64,000 bases of DNA from Puniceicoccales bacterium (GTDB lineage: Bacteria > Verrucomicrobiota > Verrucomicrobiia > Opitutales > UBA9783). The notes under the pieces were generated by a model. It did no database searches. It had not been told where the DNA came from and saw only the letters and a list, made by a program, of their open reading frames with translations. The DNA lies in the NCBI GenBank assembly GCA_031258545.1, contig JAIRMU010000001.1, positions 1,717-65,716 of the forward strand, read 5' to 3'. Every line of letters begins with the position of its first letter. Within the stretch, counting starts at the first letter, position 1. The translations under genes were made by a program, and so were the position numbers. Shown piece after piece: positions 1 to 9,468 of the stretch.

Positions 1-1
1 G

Positions 2-187
2 ATATGCGGAGGGGCCAGTATTTATCAGAAATTTCTGCCCCTATGCTCGGAAATTATGCTCACCATTGTGAATCAAACGATGGAAGGGGACACATTTTTT
101 CCAGATATTCCTCCCCATTTTAAATTAAGTCATGTGGTGGTAGCGTGTCCAGCGTATATCATTCAATGTTGGACTCGAAGTAGTTAA
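2..187 (+). CDS. folA: dihydrofolate reductase, C-terminal fragment (5' end outside window)
   Basis: Frame 2 reads ICGGASIYQKFLPLCSEIMLTIVNQTMEGDTFFPDIPPHF...stop at 185-187. GGxxIY..FLP and EGDTFFP are typical C-terminal DHFR motifs. Absent from the ORF track because the start lies upstream of the window. Confidence 0.6.
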   Translation: MCGGASIYQKFLPLCSEIMLTIVNQTMEGDTFFPDIPPHFKLSHVVVACPAYIIQCWTRSS

Positions 188-192
188 AACGG

Positions 193-2034
193 ATGATTCA
201 ATTTGACACATATCGGTCCCATTTGGGTCGGTTATATTTTTTACAATTTATTGTCATATTTTTATGCATTTTACTGGGTATTGCCATCGTTTGGCGGCAA
301 TGGATAGAAAATGGCATGTATAGTCAGCTGGGGCAAAAGCAATGTCTGAGACGTATTTTGTATCCGGGCATACGGGGATGTATCTACGATAGAACGGGGA
401 AATTATTGGCAACCAACAGGGATATTTATTGTCTTTACGTAGACCTAAACTATTTTCGCAAAGATATAACACAATTTAATAAGCAGTCCAAAGATGCTGA
501 AACGCAATCGGAACAACTGTGGGCGGTTGTGCACGATGCGCTACTGCCGTATGCGAGAACCATAGGTCCCATTCCATTTGCCGTATCCAAAAAAACTTTA
601 TATCGGCATTATTTGCAAAATATTCTGTTACCTTTGGCGATCGCCAAAGATTTGCCCGAGACCATGTACGCAAAATTTGTGGAACAATTACCTACGCATG
701 GTCCCTTTCAGGTCGGCATAGAAAAAGTTAGATATTATCCTTACGGTAGCGTTGCGTGCCACGTTATCGGGCATGTTACCCAAACGTCTCAATTGACGCA
801 AGATGCTTTGCCGGGAAACGATTTGAGAACTTTCTTTTTACCCAAACAAAAGGGGGCTACGGGCATAGAGGCCTACTATGATGACCAACTGAGTGGGCTA
901 AACGGCGGCGACATATGGAGAGTCACCCCATCGGGGCAGGAACAGGCCTGCCTGATATCCTTACCCAGTGTGGATGGTCACGACATTCATTTAACTTTGG
1001 ATGTTCAGTTACAACAAATATGTGAACAAGCCTTGGTGGGTCGTCGTGGAGCTATCATTATTTTAGCGGTTGATTCCGGAGAAGTTTTGGCACTCGTCAG
1101 CAAGCCCGATTTTGATTTAAATGCTTTGACGCCGCGCATATCTGAAAAAGTGTTTCAAAAAATTACGGCGCAAGGCGCTTGGTTGAATAGGGCCATTCAG
1201 GGACTGTATCCGCCGGGATCAACATTTAAAATTATTACGTTGGCTGCCTTATTGCAGGCGGGGGTCGTGAACGCTCAAAGTTCGATAAATTGCACCGGAA
1301 GTTATACCATTGGCAACCATATTTTCCACTGTCACAATCGTCAGGGGCATGGACATATTACCTTAGATAAAGCCATTCAGACGAGTTGTAACCCATTTTT
1401 TTATCACTACGCACTGCGCTGTGGCCCTTCGTTGATTTATGAGGAAGCTCGGAAATTGGGCCTCGGTGATATGACACACATCGATTTACCTTACGAAACA
1501 CATCATATGCTCGTTCCTTCTCCGTCATGGAAAAAAAAACGTTTGCGAGAGAATTGGACGGATGGCGATACGGCCAATTTTTCCATAGGGCAAGGATTTT
1601 TAAGGGTGACACCGTTGCAAATGGCATGCGCAGCAGCGTCTTTGGCTAGAAATAAAAGATGTTCTACACCCCACTTGTGCTCCAATTTCATCTGTACAGA
1701 ACATTCTAAAGAATCCATTATGACTCACGATCATTGGTGTTTGTTGCTGGAATGTTTGGAAAAAGCGGTTGAATCGGGAACTTCTCGTTTTTCACGCGTC
1801 CAGGGGTTAAAATCGGCCGTCAAAACGGGGACTTCTCAAGTGAAGATTGCGGGGACGAACCGATATGCACACGTTGGATGGTTAATAGGATTTGCACCCT
1901 CACAGCAACCCAAAATTGCGTTTAGCGTTGTGATTGAGCAGGAAGATTTAATGGAAGAATTTTGGGGAAGTCGTGTGTGCGGTCCCGTGGCGAAAAAGTT
2001 TCTCCAATTTTGTTTGGATCAGGGTAAAATTTAA
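193..2034 (+). CDS. mrdA: penicillin-binding protein 2 (class B transpeptidase)
   Basis: N-terminal TM helix, then transpeptidase motifs SxxK (GSTFKII), SxN (TSCNPFF) and KTG (VKTGTSQV). Confidence 0.85.
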   Translation: MIQFDTYRSHLGRLYFLQFIVIFLCILLGIAIVWRQWIENGMYSQLGQKQCLRRILYPGIRGCIYDRTGKLLATNRDIYCLYVDLNYFRKDITQFNKQSKDAETQSEQLWAVVHDALLPYARTIGPIPFAVSKKTLYRHYLQNILLPLAIAKDLPETMYAKFVEQLPTHGPFQVGIEKVRYYPYGSVACHVIGHVTQTSQLTQDALPGNDLRTFFLPKQKGATGIEAYYDDQLSGLNGGDIWRVTPSGQEQACLISLPSVDGHDIHLTLDVQLQQICEQALVGRRGAIIILAVDSGEVLALVSKPDFDLNALTPRISEKVFQKITAQGAWLNRAIQGLYPPGSTFKIITLAALLQAGVVNAQSSINCTGSYTIGNHIFHCHNRQGHGHITLDKAIQTSCNPFFYHYALRCGPSLIYEEARKLGLGDMTHIDLPYETHHMLVPSPSWKKKRLRENWTDGDTANFSIGQGFLRVTPLQMACAAASLARNKRCSTPHLCSNFICTEHSKESIMTHDHWCLLLECLEKAVESGTSRFSRVQGLKSAVKTGTSQVKIAGTNRYAHVGWLIGFAPSQQPKIAFSVVIEQEDLMEEFWGSRVCGPVAKKFLQFCLDQGKI

Positions 2035-2042
2035 TTTTTTAA

Positions 2043-2930
2043 ATGCTGGAAAAATTTGAACAATTTCTTAAACAGAGGGCGTACTCAAAGTATACCTTAA
2101 GAAATTATTTATCCATTGTTGCGCGATGGATGGCATTTCTGAAATCAAAAAACGTCACCCAACCGAATGTGGGAACCTATTTGTCGGAATATTTATACCT
2201 ACGGCAACACAAGGCGGGTAAACGAACGCTGAATAATGATTTATCGGCCCTGAGAACATTTTTTTACTTTTTAGAAGAACGATTTGAAATGCCAATACCG
2301 CAAGAAGTTAAGGCGTTGCGTCCCAAATTTGAATCCAGACTACCCAACTTTTTTACGATGGAACAAATTCGAATTTTGTTACAGGCACCGGATAAAAAGT
2401 TCTCGGCGGGTCAATTGTCAGACTTTTTGTGGCGTCGCGACAAGGCGATTTTGGAAGTTTTGTACGGGTGCGGCATACGTGTTGGAGAATTGACGCATCT
2501 ATGTGTCGAAAATGTTCAATGGTCGCAAGGACTCATACGGGTATTAGGTAAAGGCCATAAAGAACGTTTAATTCCCATAGGTAAACCTGCTTTGCATGCA
2601 CTTCACAATTTATATGCAATGTACCCACCAAAATCTTTGCAAAGTCCTCTTATTTTTAGTGAACACGGAGAAGTCATTTCTGAACGTTCTATCCAATTGA
2701 TTATAAAACGCTATTTAATTTATGCCCATTTACCACTTGAAATGACACCCCATAGTTGTCGTCACAGTTACGCGACGCACTTGCTGCAAAGAGGTGCCGA
2801 TTTGAGAATTGTTCAGGAATTGTTGGGACATGCACACTTATCCACAACACAAAAGTATACGCACGTTGACATTGCGCATTTGCAAAAAATTTACGGTCAA
2901 TCGCACCCGCAGAGTAAAGGTCGTCGGTAG
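2043..2930 (+). CDS. tyrosine site-specific recombinase, XerC/XerD family
   Basis: SAM-like N-domain plus catalytic region with R (CGIRVGEL), HxxR ([12 protein letters not shown]), LGH and the nucleophile Tyr (TTQKYTHV). Confidence 0.85.
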   Translation: MLEKFEQFLKQRAYSKYTLRNYLSIVARWMAFLKSKNVTQPNVGTYLSEYLYLRQHKAGKRTLNNDLSALRTFFYFLEERFEMPIPQEVKALRPKFESRLPNFFTMEQIRILLQAPDKKFSAGQLSDFLWRRDKAILEVLYGCGIRVGELTHLCVENVQWSQGLIRVLGKGHKERLIPIGKPALHALHNLYAMYPPKSLQSPLIFSEHGEVISERSIQLIIKRYLIYAHLPLEMTPHSCRHSYATHLLQRGADLRIVQELLGHAHLSTTQKYTHVDIAHLQKIYGQSHPQSKGRR

Positions 2931-3018
2931 ATATTTCAAGCTATGATAACTTTAACATAGGAAATTTCTACCATTTTTCTGCGTTATTATGTTGACGCCT
3001 TGTTAAAATTTCGTTTCA

Positions 3019-3408
3019 ATGTTGACCATGTTAACTAATCCCTTAGAGACTGTTCGCTCCAATCCTATCCAGCCAAATGAAACGCCTGGGGCCAGTACAT
3101 CCGTTGGTTTTTCATCAGAGCGTGTAAAGAAGAATGAAGAATCTTTGCTTAAGGGTTTAGGTAGCTTGGCACGTGAATCCGACATTTCTCAGAGCAATAT
3201 AACCATGTCAGCGGATGTCAACATTCATAATAGTCATATTCAGCAAAATGAGACGTCGCCTAGTGTGTCCGTGGGATCTTTGTCAGGGCGTGCAAAGATG
3301 AATGAAGAATCTTCGTTTGGTTATTTATATAATTTGGCACCTGTACCCAACATTCCTCAGAAAACCTTAAGTGAGCGGCAGGTAAGTCTTCCCAAAGGTA
3401 ATTTATAA
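3019..3408 (+). CDS. hypothetical Ser-rich protein with two ~35-aa internal repeats
   Basis: ORF only. Repeat 1 is QPNETPGASTSVGFSSERVKKNEESLLKGLGSLA and repeat 2 is QQNETSPSVSVGSLSGRAKMNEESSFGYLYNLA. The DNA repeats (about 3070-3175 and 3244-3345) are clearly related. Confidence 0.35.
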   Translation: MLTMLTNPLETVRSNPIQPNETPGASTSVGFSSERVKKNEESLLKGLGSLARESDISQSNITMSADVNIHNSHIQQNETSPSVSVGSLSGRAKMNEESSFGYLYNLAPVPNIPQKTLSERQVSLPKGNL

Positions 3409-3658
3409 TTGATTTTACGGGTTACGTGTTCGAGTATCGCCAATATTTTTCAAAAGTTTTTAAATAAATAGTACACAAAATGTACTTAAAAAAACTTACC
3501 CACGGTTTAAACATCGGAATGATGCAAAAGGAAAATGGTAAGTCTGGGAAGTTTCTGCAAGATAATCACAAATGTTATACTCACAAGAGCTGTACATGTA
3601 TTATTGAAATAAACTTTAAGTTTTGACGATTCTAAATAACATTAGCCGGTTATATGCA

Positions 3659-5938
3659 TTAGAAAACTGAGACTGTTTTTTGAATGACGGGCTTTAGCAG
3701 TTGATGAGCACACTTACGTGCCTGCGCAAGTTTACACTTTTCGTTAGGTGTATAAATTTGCTGTAAAGTGCAAGTAAAAAGCGAAGGGCCGCCATGGCCG
3801 TGGAGTATAACTTTTAAGGAGCTATGTTGATTATTATTTAAGGCATGCCGGTCACGCGGAAATGGACGCGCTTCGAAACTTTCTTCGTATAAATTATCAA
3901 AACTAAGGTAATAAATCCAATTTCTACCTTGTAGCCATTGTTTTTGTTGATCCGTAAAGCCGTCCCAATGAAGCGATTGGTTAAACAAACGAGCGTAAAT
4001 ATACTTTGAAAACGTCCAATGGTCATTGTTTTTCAAGGTTGAATCCATCGTATTTTCGACGTAATGGTAATAGTCGAGGCATTTTTTTTGAGCCCGTGCA
4101 TCTCGCATTAAAAATTTATTGAAGGCCGGTTGCGATAATAGGTAAGGTTGAACGTATGCGGCCAATCCTAACCATTCACTGGCTAGACTAAATTGATGGC
4201 AATGTAACAAAACGGCCACAAGTTGTATATAAGCCAACGAATGGTAGGGAAGTAATCGAATGGCTTCGCAGTAACATTGAAGAGCGCGTCGATAATTGCC
4301 TAATCGTGTATGTAAAGCTCCCAAATTTTCCAGTACGTACGGCTGCCAAGGATTAATTTTTAAAGATGATTCAAAATAATAAACGGAATGCCGCATAAGC
4401 ATGCTTGATTGGGGATACCCCTTTAAAGCAAAAACATTGCCCGCTTGATTGTAATAATACAGGTTGGTAGGGTCCGCTTCAATGGCTTTTGAGAGCTCTA
4501 TTTCACTTTTTTCTAGTTGTGTATTATACGTTTGTTGAATGAATTTACGGAAATAATAACGGCCTTGAATATCTTTATAACTGTAAAAAAAGACCGTACC
4601 TACCATCATGAGAATCAATAATTTTATTCCCAAGGTAGTTGGGGTGTTAAAATGCCGTTTTGCAGGAAAACATTTGAAGTAAATTGTCCAAAGTAGGCCA
4701 ACGATCAGGCAGAGGGTAGCCGATACGGCAAATATATCCCAAGACCATTCGCTGACAAAACATACGTAGGCGAACAAAGATAAACCGAGTCCCGCAACTA
4801 GAAATTTATCCGCAGCGGGCACTTCCTTCTTTTTTAAGAGGCGAAAACTCATTTGAAAACTTGTCAATGCCAACGTGCATAGTCCTAAAAATCCCAACAA
4901 TCCCCACTCAATTAAATATTGTACGGGAGCCACGTGCAATTGCCAACAATGATGCAGATCAGTTGGATAAGATTTTAAATACAAAAGTGGCGTTGTGGTA
5001 ATGCCATGACCTATCAAAGGACTGTCCCGAAAAACTTTGAGACCGTCTTGAGCTAAATGCCAACGTTGATTTTGAAATAAACATTTTGGATGAGCAAATA
5101 AGCTTCTAGTTTTTGGGCTTCGATATCCCATCAACAGCAAGAATGCCAGTAGGCAGATACTTACCTTGATAATGTTTGATTTTGAAGCACGTATATGGCT
5201 TTTTATGTACAAACCTAATGCCGTTATTGTGGTTATTAGGACACAAAGGTAAGCCATGCTACACTCGGATGCTTTTAGGAGTAGAATAGAGAGTAAAAAT
5301 CCTATACACCAAACAACTTTCCACTTACGTAGGGATTCCCACATAAAAAGGCCTGCAAAAAATGGGTAGGTAAGTGCCGCAAATAATCCCGTATAATTCG
5401 TGTAGTCGAAGGGATGGCGCATCTGGTATTTGTCCAAAATCGTGAGAAATTTTATGGGATTTATCAAACAATTCGAAGCCATGTATTGCCAAGGATAAGT
5501 AGGTCCAGCTTTGAGTTCATCGCAGGCTAGATCAAGGCAAATGCTGAAGTACATAAAAAAAACAAATGTAATCCCCAATAAACGGATAAAAGCTTTAAAG
5601 TTATGTTTTAGACAGGAGCAAAAGAGGTATGCCAGAGACATGGAGGCAAGCGGTATGTCGAGCTCGGAGGCGGATCGAACGGGATAAGGTCCCAAAAAAA
5701 TGGAAGCCCAAAAGGCAAACAAGAGGAGACCAAAGCCAATGACGAGGGATTTGGGAAAAGAACTAGAAGAAACGCACATCCCATAAGTTCCTGCCACAAT
5801 AATAACCAGGTAAAATGCTTTAAATAGACAAGCATATTCCCACACAAACCTTCTTGCGGGATAGATGGCGGCGAGAACAAAAAACAGTCCACAGAAAACA
5901 ATCTCCAAATCAAATTTTGTTTTTCTTGCCCACAACAT
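3659..5938 (-). CDS. O-antigen ligase/polymerase (Wzy_C)-like polytopic membrane protein with C-terminal TPR region
   Basis: About 12 hydrophobic helices, a Wzy_C-like loop (SPLIGHGITTTP), and TPR-like repeats in the C-terminal half (ALKGYPQSS..YYFESSLKINPWQPYVLENLGALHTRLGNYRRALQCYCEAIRLLP). Confidence 0.6.
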   Translation of the reverse strand: MLWARKTKFDLEIVFCGLFFVLAAIYPARRFVWEYACLFKAFYLVIIVAGTYGMCVSSSSFPKSLVIGFGLLLFAFWASIFLGPYPVRSASELDIPLASMSLAYLFCSCLKHNFKAFIRLLGITFVFFMYFSICLDLACDELKAGPTYPWQYMASNCLINPIKFLTILDKYQMRHPFDYTNYTGLFAALTYPFFAGLFMWESLRKWKVVWCIGFLLSILLLKASECSMAYLCVLITTITALGLYIKSHIRASKSNIIKVSICLLAFLLLMGYRSPKTRSLFAHPKCLFQNQRWHLAQDGLKVFRDSPLIGHGITTTPLLYLKSYPTDLHHCWQLHVAPVQYLIEWGLLGFLGLCTLALTSFQMSFRLLKKKEVPAADKFLVAGLGLSLFAYVCFVSEWSWDIFAVSATLCLIVGLLWTIYFKCFPAKRHFNTPTTLGIKLLILMMVGTVFFYSYKDIQGRYYFRKFIQQTYNTQLEKSEIELSKAIEADPTNLYYYNQAGNVFALKGYPQSSMLMRHSVYYFESSLKINPWQPYVLENLGALHTRLGNYRRALQCYCEAIRLLPYHSLAYIQLVAVLLHCHQFSLASEWLGLAAYVQPYLLSQPAFNKFLMRDARAQKKCLDYYHYVENTMDSTLKNNDHWTFSKYIYARLFNQSLHWDGFTDQQKQWLQGRNWIYYLSFDNLYEESFEARPFPRDRHALNNNQHSSLKVILHGHGGPSLFTCTLQQIYTPNEKCKLAQARKCAHQLLKPVIQKTVSVF

Positions 5939-6013
5939 AGATGATAAGATGTTGTTTTCTTACCAGAAGTCAAGTAAGGATGCGGGCAAAATATCCTCAA
6001 AGCAAACATGATT

Positions 6014-6037
6014 AACGCCTCTTCATCAAGAGGCGTT
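6014..6037. terminator. perfect 10-bp stem hairpin between convergently ordered minus-strand genes (probable intrinsic terminator)
   Basis: aacgcctctt-catc-aagaggcgtt lies 43 nt downstream of the stop of the 6080..7438 gene. The T-tract is better on the plus strand (atcttttg) than on the minus strand. Confidence 0.45.
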
Positions 6038-6079
6038 ATCTTTTGAATAATGACTACGGCAAATTTCAATTTAGTATTA

Positions 6080-7438
6080 TCAGAATTTAAACTCCATGTG
6101 TTCCGTTTCAGGGTACATTGGATTTGGATAAGTATAAGGAAGAACTGGCGAAGGTGAAAAAGTGGTGGTGTACTGCGTACCGCCAGCTATGCGTTCACTA
6201 GTTGTACTATAGACAGGTCTTTGATTGTTGGGTATGGTCTGGGCTTTTTCCAATGCCAAGTTTAACAACGGACTACCACTGGAATTACCGCTAGTATCAT
6301 TGCCAGCTAAATTTCTTCCAAAAATGGCGTCTCTTCCCGTTAACATGGGCAGTTCAATCTGATAATATCCTATGGGTCGAATCTCAACTCCAGGTAATGT
6401 TTCTCTATCCGCAAAAGTATACACATTACGGTCGTAATTCGCTATGCTACTCTCAAAAAACTTATATATCGGGTTACTGGGTTCTGTATGTCGGCAAATA
6501 TTGGCAATAAAACTATGTATCTGCTGACGCACGTTATCGTAATTTGTTTGGGAAAAACTGAATTGAACCGTATTCCCAAAATCGGACTCAACGTAGCAAC
6601 GATACAACTCAAGCAACAATCGAATGTTGTTCAAAGACATCTCTCGCACTTGACAAATGTGGGTAAGCAATTCGGAAACCGGTTGGCAAAAATTGAGTTG
6701 CCAATACTCTCCCGCTTCCCTCAGCGACGCAACGCGCAAGGTGGTCATAATATGATTTTTAATGGGTCTGCCGACACATCTATCCACATATTCGGAGAAA
6801 GTAAACATTTTAAGCATTTTTCCACTAAACATACACCTCATTAAGCCACAGCTGCATACATCCATCAACGTACGAAACCATCCAACACAAGAACAACAAC
6901 ACGCCTCGAGTGCAGCTTCGTCGCATGTACAACAGGATTCAATATACCTTTCCACATGTTCTTGCGAGCATACCATATATGACACCGCTTGATAATAATA
7001 GGGCATAACCTGCAGCATTGCTGTAGGTAATCCCAACCAAGGTTCATAACCACTCTGCGTATTGACACAGCAAGGACAAGTACATTCACCTTGACGTTTA
7101 CGACAACAAAGACTGTCGGTTTCCCAACATCCTACGACAATCGGTGAACCCAAGCGCACATTGCCGCGCGGACCCCAAGCTGCGCGTGGTACGCTGTCCG
7201 TTCTTTGTCCATCTAAACCATGCATACCGCCACCGCCACAATTTCTGTAAGCGTCTTCCAGGCTACTTTTAAAATGACTAAAGGCATTGACAAAAAGTTG
7301 GGCACTATCTTGCCAAGCGGCTCCTTGGCTGATCGAATCATTTGCCCGCCGCACGTCACTCGTTACGCTACTCCACACATATTTACTTTGTACGCTAAGC
7401 GCAATTGCGCCTAAAACAGTTAATATTTTTAGTTTCAT
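6080..7438 (-). CDS. secreted cysteine-rich protein, unknown function
   Basis: Signal peptide MKLKILTVLGAIALSVQS. Dense Cys clusters (CCRKRQGECTCPCCV; CCTCDEAALEACCCSCVGWFRTLMDVCSCGLMRCM). The C-terminus MEFKF has alternating hydrophobic residues and ends in Phe. Confidence 0.6.
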   Translation of the reverse strand: MKLKILTVLGAIALSVQSKYVWSSVTSDVRRANDSISQGAAWQDSAQLFVNAFSHFKSSLEDAYRNCGGGGMHGLDGQRTDSVPRAAWGPRGNVRLGSPIVVGCWETDSLCCRKRQGECTCPCCVNTQSGYEPWLGLPTAMLQVMPYYYQAVSYMVCSQEHVERYIESCCTCDEAALEACCCSCVGWFRTLMDVCSCGLMRCMFSGKMLKMFTFSEYVDRCVGRPIKNHIMTTLRVASLREAGEYWQLNFCQPVSELLTHICQVREMSLNNIRLLLELYRCYVESDFGNTVQFSFSQTNYDNVRQQIHSFIANICRHTEPSNPIYKFFESSIANYDRNVYTFADRETLPGVEIRPIGYYQIELPMLTGRDAIFGRNLAGNDTSGNSSGSPLLNLALEKAQTIPNNQRPVYSTTSERIAGGTQYTTTFSPSPVLPYTYPNPMYPETEHMEFKF

Positions 7439-7530
7439 AATATTTTTTATTTAAAATTTTCAATCCTTCCTATTTGACTTCGCACAATATATATTATGTC
7501 TAGTTTTACTTCTTGTGTGCATACACTCCT

Positions 7531-8892
7531 TCAAAACGACCACTGTTTACCATTTGCTCCTTTCCGATGCCGAAAAAAATAAATGGGTATTCCGCTTACG
7601 AGCATTATGCCCAAAGCCAAAAAGTTAAACCAATCCGAATTGTACAAAACAAAACCGCAAAAAATTAAAGCTAAAGTACTGACAAATATCTGCAGGACTG
7701 ATTTTACCTTCGTTTGGTACATAAACTTCATGTGTGCTAAAATGGTAGTCGTGTAAAGAGCTATGTAAACGACTATCGACATGTCGAGAAATGCATTTAT
7801 TTTATCGGCGCATAAGGGCGACTTCTGTAGAAACAATATTACCCCTGTGCCGATGGCCCCTATCCACAGCGCACATCCCGGAGCTCCATGGCGATTAAGT
7901 TTTGCGAAAATCCCCGGAAACATGCCTTCCTTTGCCGCCGATTGTGCAATTTGGCCGCTAAAAAACACCCAGGCATTCAGAGAACCTATGCATATTAAAA
8001 ATGTTGTTATGCCTATGAGATTGTTGTAGGTTCCTCCAAATAATATCAGTAAAATTTTTGCAAAAGGAGCCGCTTCGTTTTCCAGCTGTGCCGGATGGAT
8101 CACTCCAAATGCTGCAACCGTATTCAATATACAAATCATCGCCACACATGCGGTTCCAAGAACAATGGCCAAAGGTATAGTTTTCCTTGGATTATTAACC
8201 ACCGATGCCGGCGATGTCCCCTCTTCAAGCCCCACAAATCCCCAAAATGATAAAATCGTCGCTTTTATGAGCGTATCCGCGACGGAAGCATTTTCAGGCG
8301 TAAGCTCTGTAAAATTTTCAAAATTCATTCTCGTGAGGGCAACGATCGGCACAATAATCAGCGGCATGATTTTAATGATCGTCAATACGATCTCCACGTT
8401 ACTGGTCACTTTAATACCTCTTGTGTTCAGCAGCGTTAACAATACGATAATCGTTATTTCCAACATCAACTTCTCTATGGGAGATAAAATGCCCGTTATG
8501 GACATCAAATAATTGACCGCTATTGAGATAACAATCGGATTGCACGCCCAGGCACCGCACCAGTATACCCAGGTGACAAAAAAACCAACTTTTTCTCCAA
8601 AAAACATTCTGGCGTATACGTGAGGCCCCCCTACCCTTGTCGTCTTAATGCAAAGAAATGAGAACACCAAAGTAATTAGAATGGCACCCAAACATCCCAA
8701 GAACCATCCCCCCAATCCCAGCGTCCTGAATCGTGCCATTTGCGCAGGCATTAGAAACGCAGATGCCCCCAATTGTGCCCCAATGACCATAGAAACTAGC
8801 CCTAAAAATCCGATTTTTACCCTATTATCTTTGGATTGCATACGTCTCTTCCGTACCGTCTCTTTTTCCCACTTCACACAAATTTGTGTCAA
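7531..8892 (-). CDS. APC-superfamily amino acid/polyamine antiporter-type permease
   Basis: About 12 TM helices with N-terminus KIGFLGLVSMVIGAQLGASAFLMPAQMA, typical of APC transporters. The more likely start is the ATG at 8841 (MQSKDNRVK). Confidence 0.75.
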   Translation of the reverse strand: MTQICVKWEKETVRKRRMQSKDNRVKIGFLGLVSMVIGAQLGASAFLMPAQMARFRTLGLGGWFLGCLGAILITLVFSFLCIKTTRVGGPHVYARMFFGEKVGFFVTWVYWCGAWACNPIVISIAVNYLMSITGILSPIEKLMLEITIIVLLTLLNTRGIKVTSNVEIVLTIIKIMPLIIVPIVALTRMNFENFTELTPENASVADTLIKATILSFWGFVGLEEGTSPASVVNNPRKTIPLAIVLGTACVAMICILNTVAAFGVIHPAQLENEAAPFAKILLILFGGTYNNLIGITTFLICIGSLNAWVFFSGQIAQSAAKEGMFPGIFAKLNRHGAPGCALWIGAIGTGVILFLQKSPLCADKINAFLDMSIVVYIALYTTTILAHMKFMYQTKVKSVLQIFVSTLALIFCGFVLYNSDWFNFLALGIMLVSGIPIYFFRHRKGANGKQWSF

Positions 8893-8933
8893 GAAAAAAC
8901 TAAAGATACCTAAATTCCTTCAACCGCATCCCC

Positions 8934-9017
8934 TACCCTACTACAGCTGCAACCGATGTCCGGCAATGCGATAGGGCGATGCTGATTTGTTTTCCACTTT
9001 TTGGGGACAACATCCAT
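8934..9017 (-). pseudogene. relic partial duplicate of the acpS 3' end
   Basis: The minus strand reads MLSPKSGKQISIALSHCRTSVAAVVG*, against the authentic acpS C-terminus LLSSKGGKQISIALSHCRTLASAVAVIV*. About 65 nt are near-identical to 9092..9155. Confidence 0.45.
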
Positions 9018-9063
9018 TTTTAATGGGCATCAACACATTGTTCTGTGAGAGATTGGGCAAGGG

Positions 9064-9444
9064 TTACACAATCACCGCTACGGCTGAGGCCAATGTCCGG
9101 CAATGGGACAAGGCAATGCTGATTTGTTTTCCACCTTTTGAAGACAACAATGCATTGGCTTTCGAATCTAGACGGACGCCTGGGGCCCCCAGAGCATCGT
9201 TGTAAACTTCTACGGACGTCAGAGACAGGCTTGCCCCAATCCCCACACCCAAAGCTTTTAAAACGGCTTCTTTGGCCGCAAAACGAACCGCCAATGAGGC
9301 AAAAGGATTGCCTCGATTCCAGCAATAATGCCATTCGGCCAACGTGTAGATCCGACCAATGCATCGATCCGTAAACTTTTCGACAAATCGACGTACGCGT
9401 TCTATTTCAATAATATCGTTTCCTAACCCAACTACACGCATCAC
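9064..9444 (-). CDS. acpS: holo-[acyl-carrier-protein] synthase
   Basis: GNDIIEIERV start motif, FAAKEAVLKALG, and about 125 aa in length, all typical of AcpS. Confidence 0.85.
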   Translation of the reverse strand: MMRVVGLGNDIIEIERVRRFVEKFTDRCIGRIYTLAEWHYCWNRGNPFASLAVRFAAKEAVLKALGVGIGASLSLTSVEVYNDALGAPGVRLDSKANALLSSKGGKQISIALSHCRTLASAVAVIV

Positions 9445-9468
9445 ATTTTTACTTTACACAGTACGCTT

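Noticed and set aside
3165-3350. Two TGGCAC motifs (about 3167 and 3336) as sigma-54 -24 elements
   Set aside because: Neither has a TGC at the -12 position. Both are the same position of the internal coding repeat.
3421-3445. tRNA-like T-loop string gtgttcgagtatcgc
   Set aside because: The flanks do not form a T-stem, an acceptor stem or an anticodon arm. I found no tRNA-like cloverleaf anywhere in the window.
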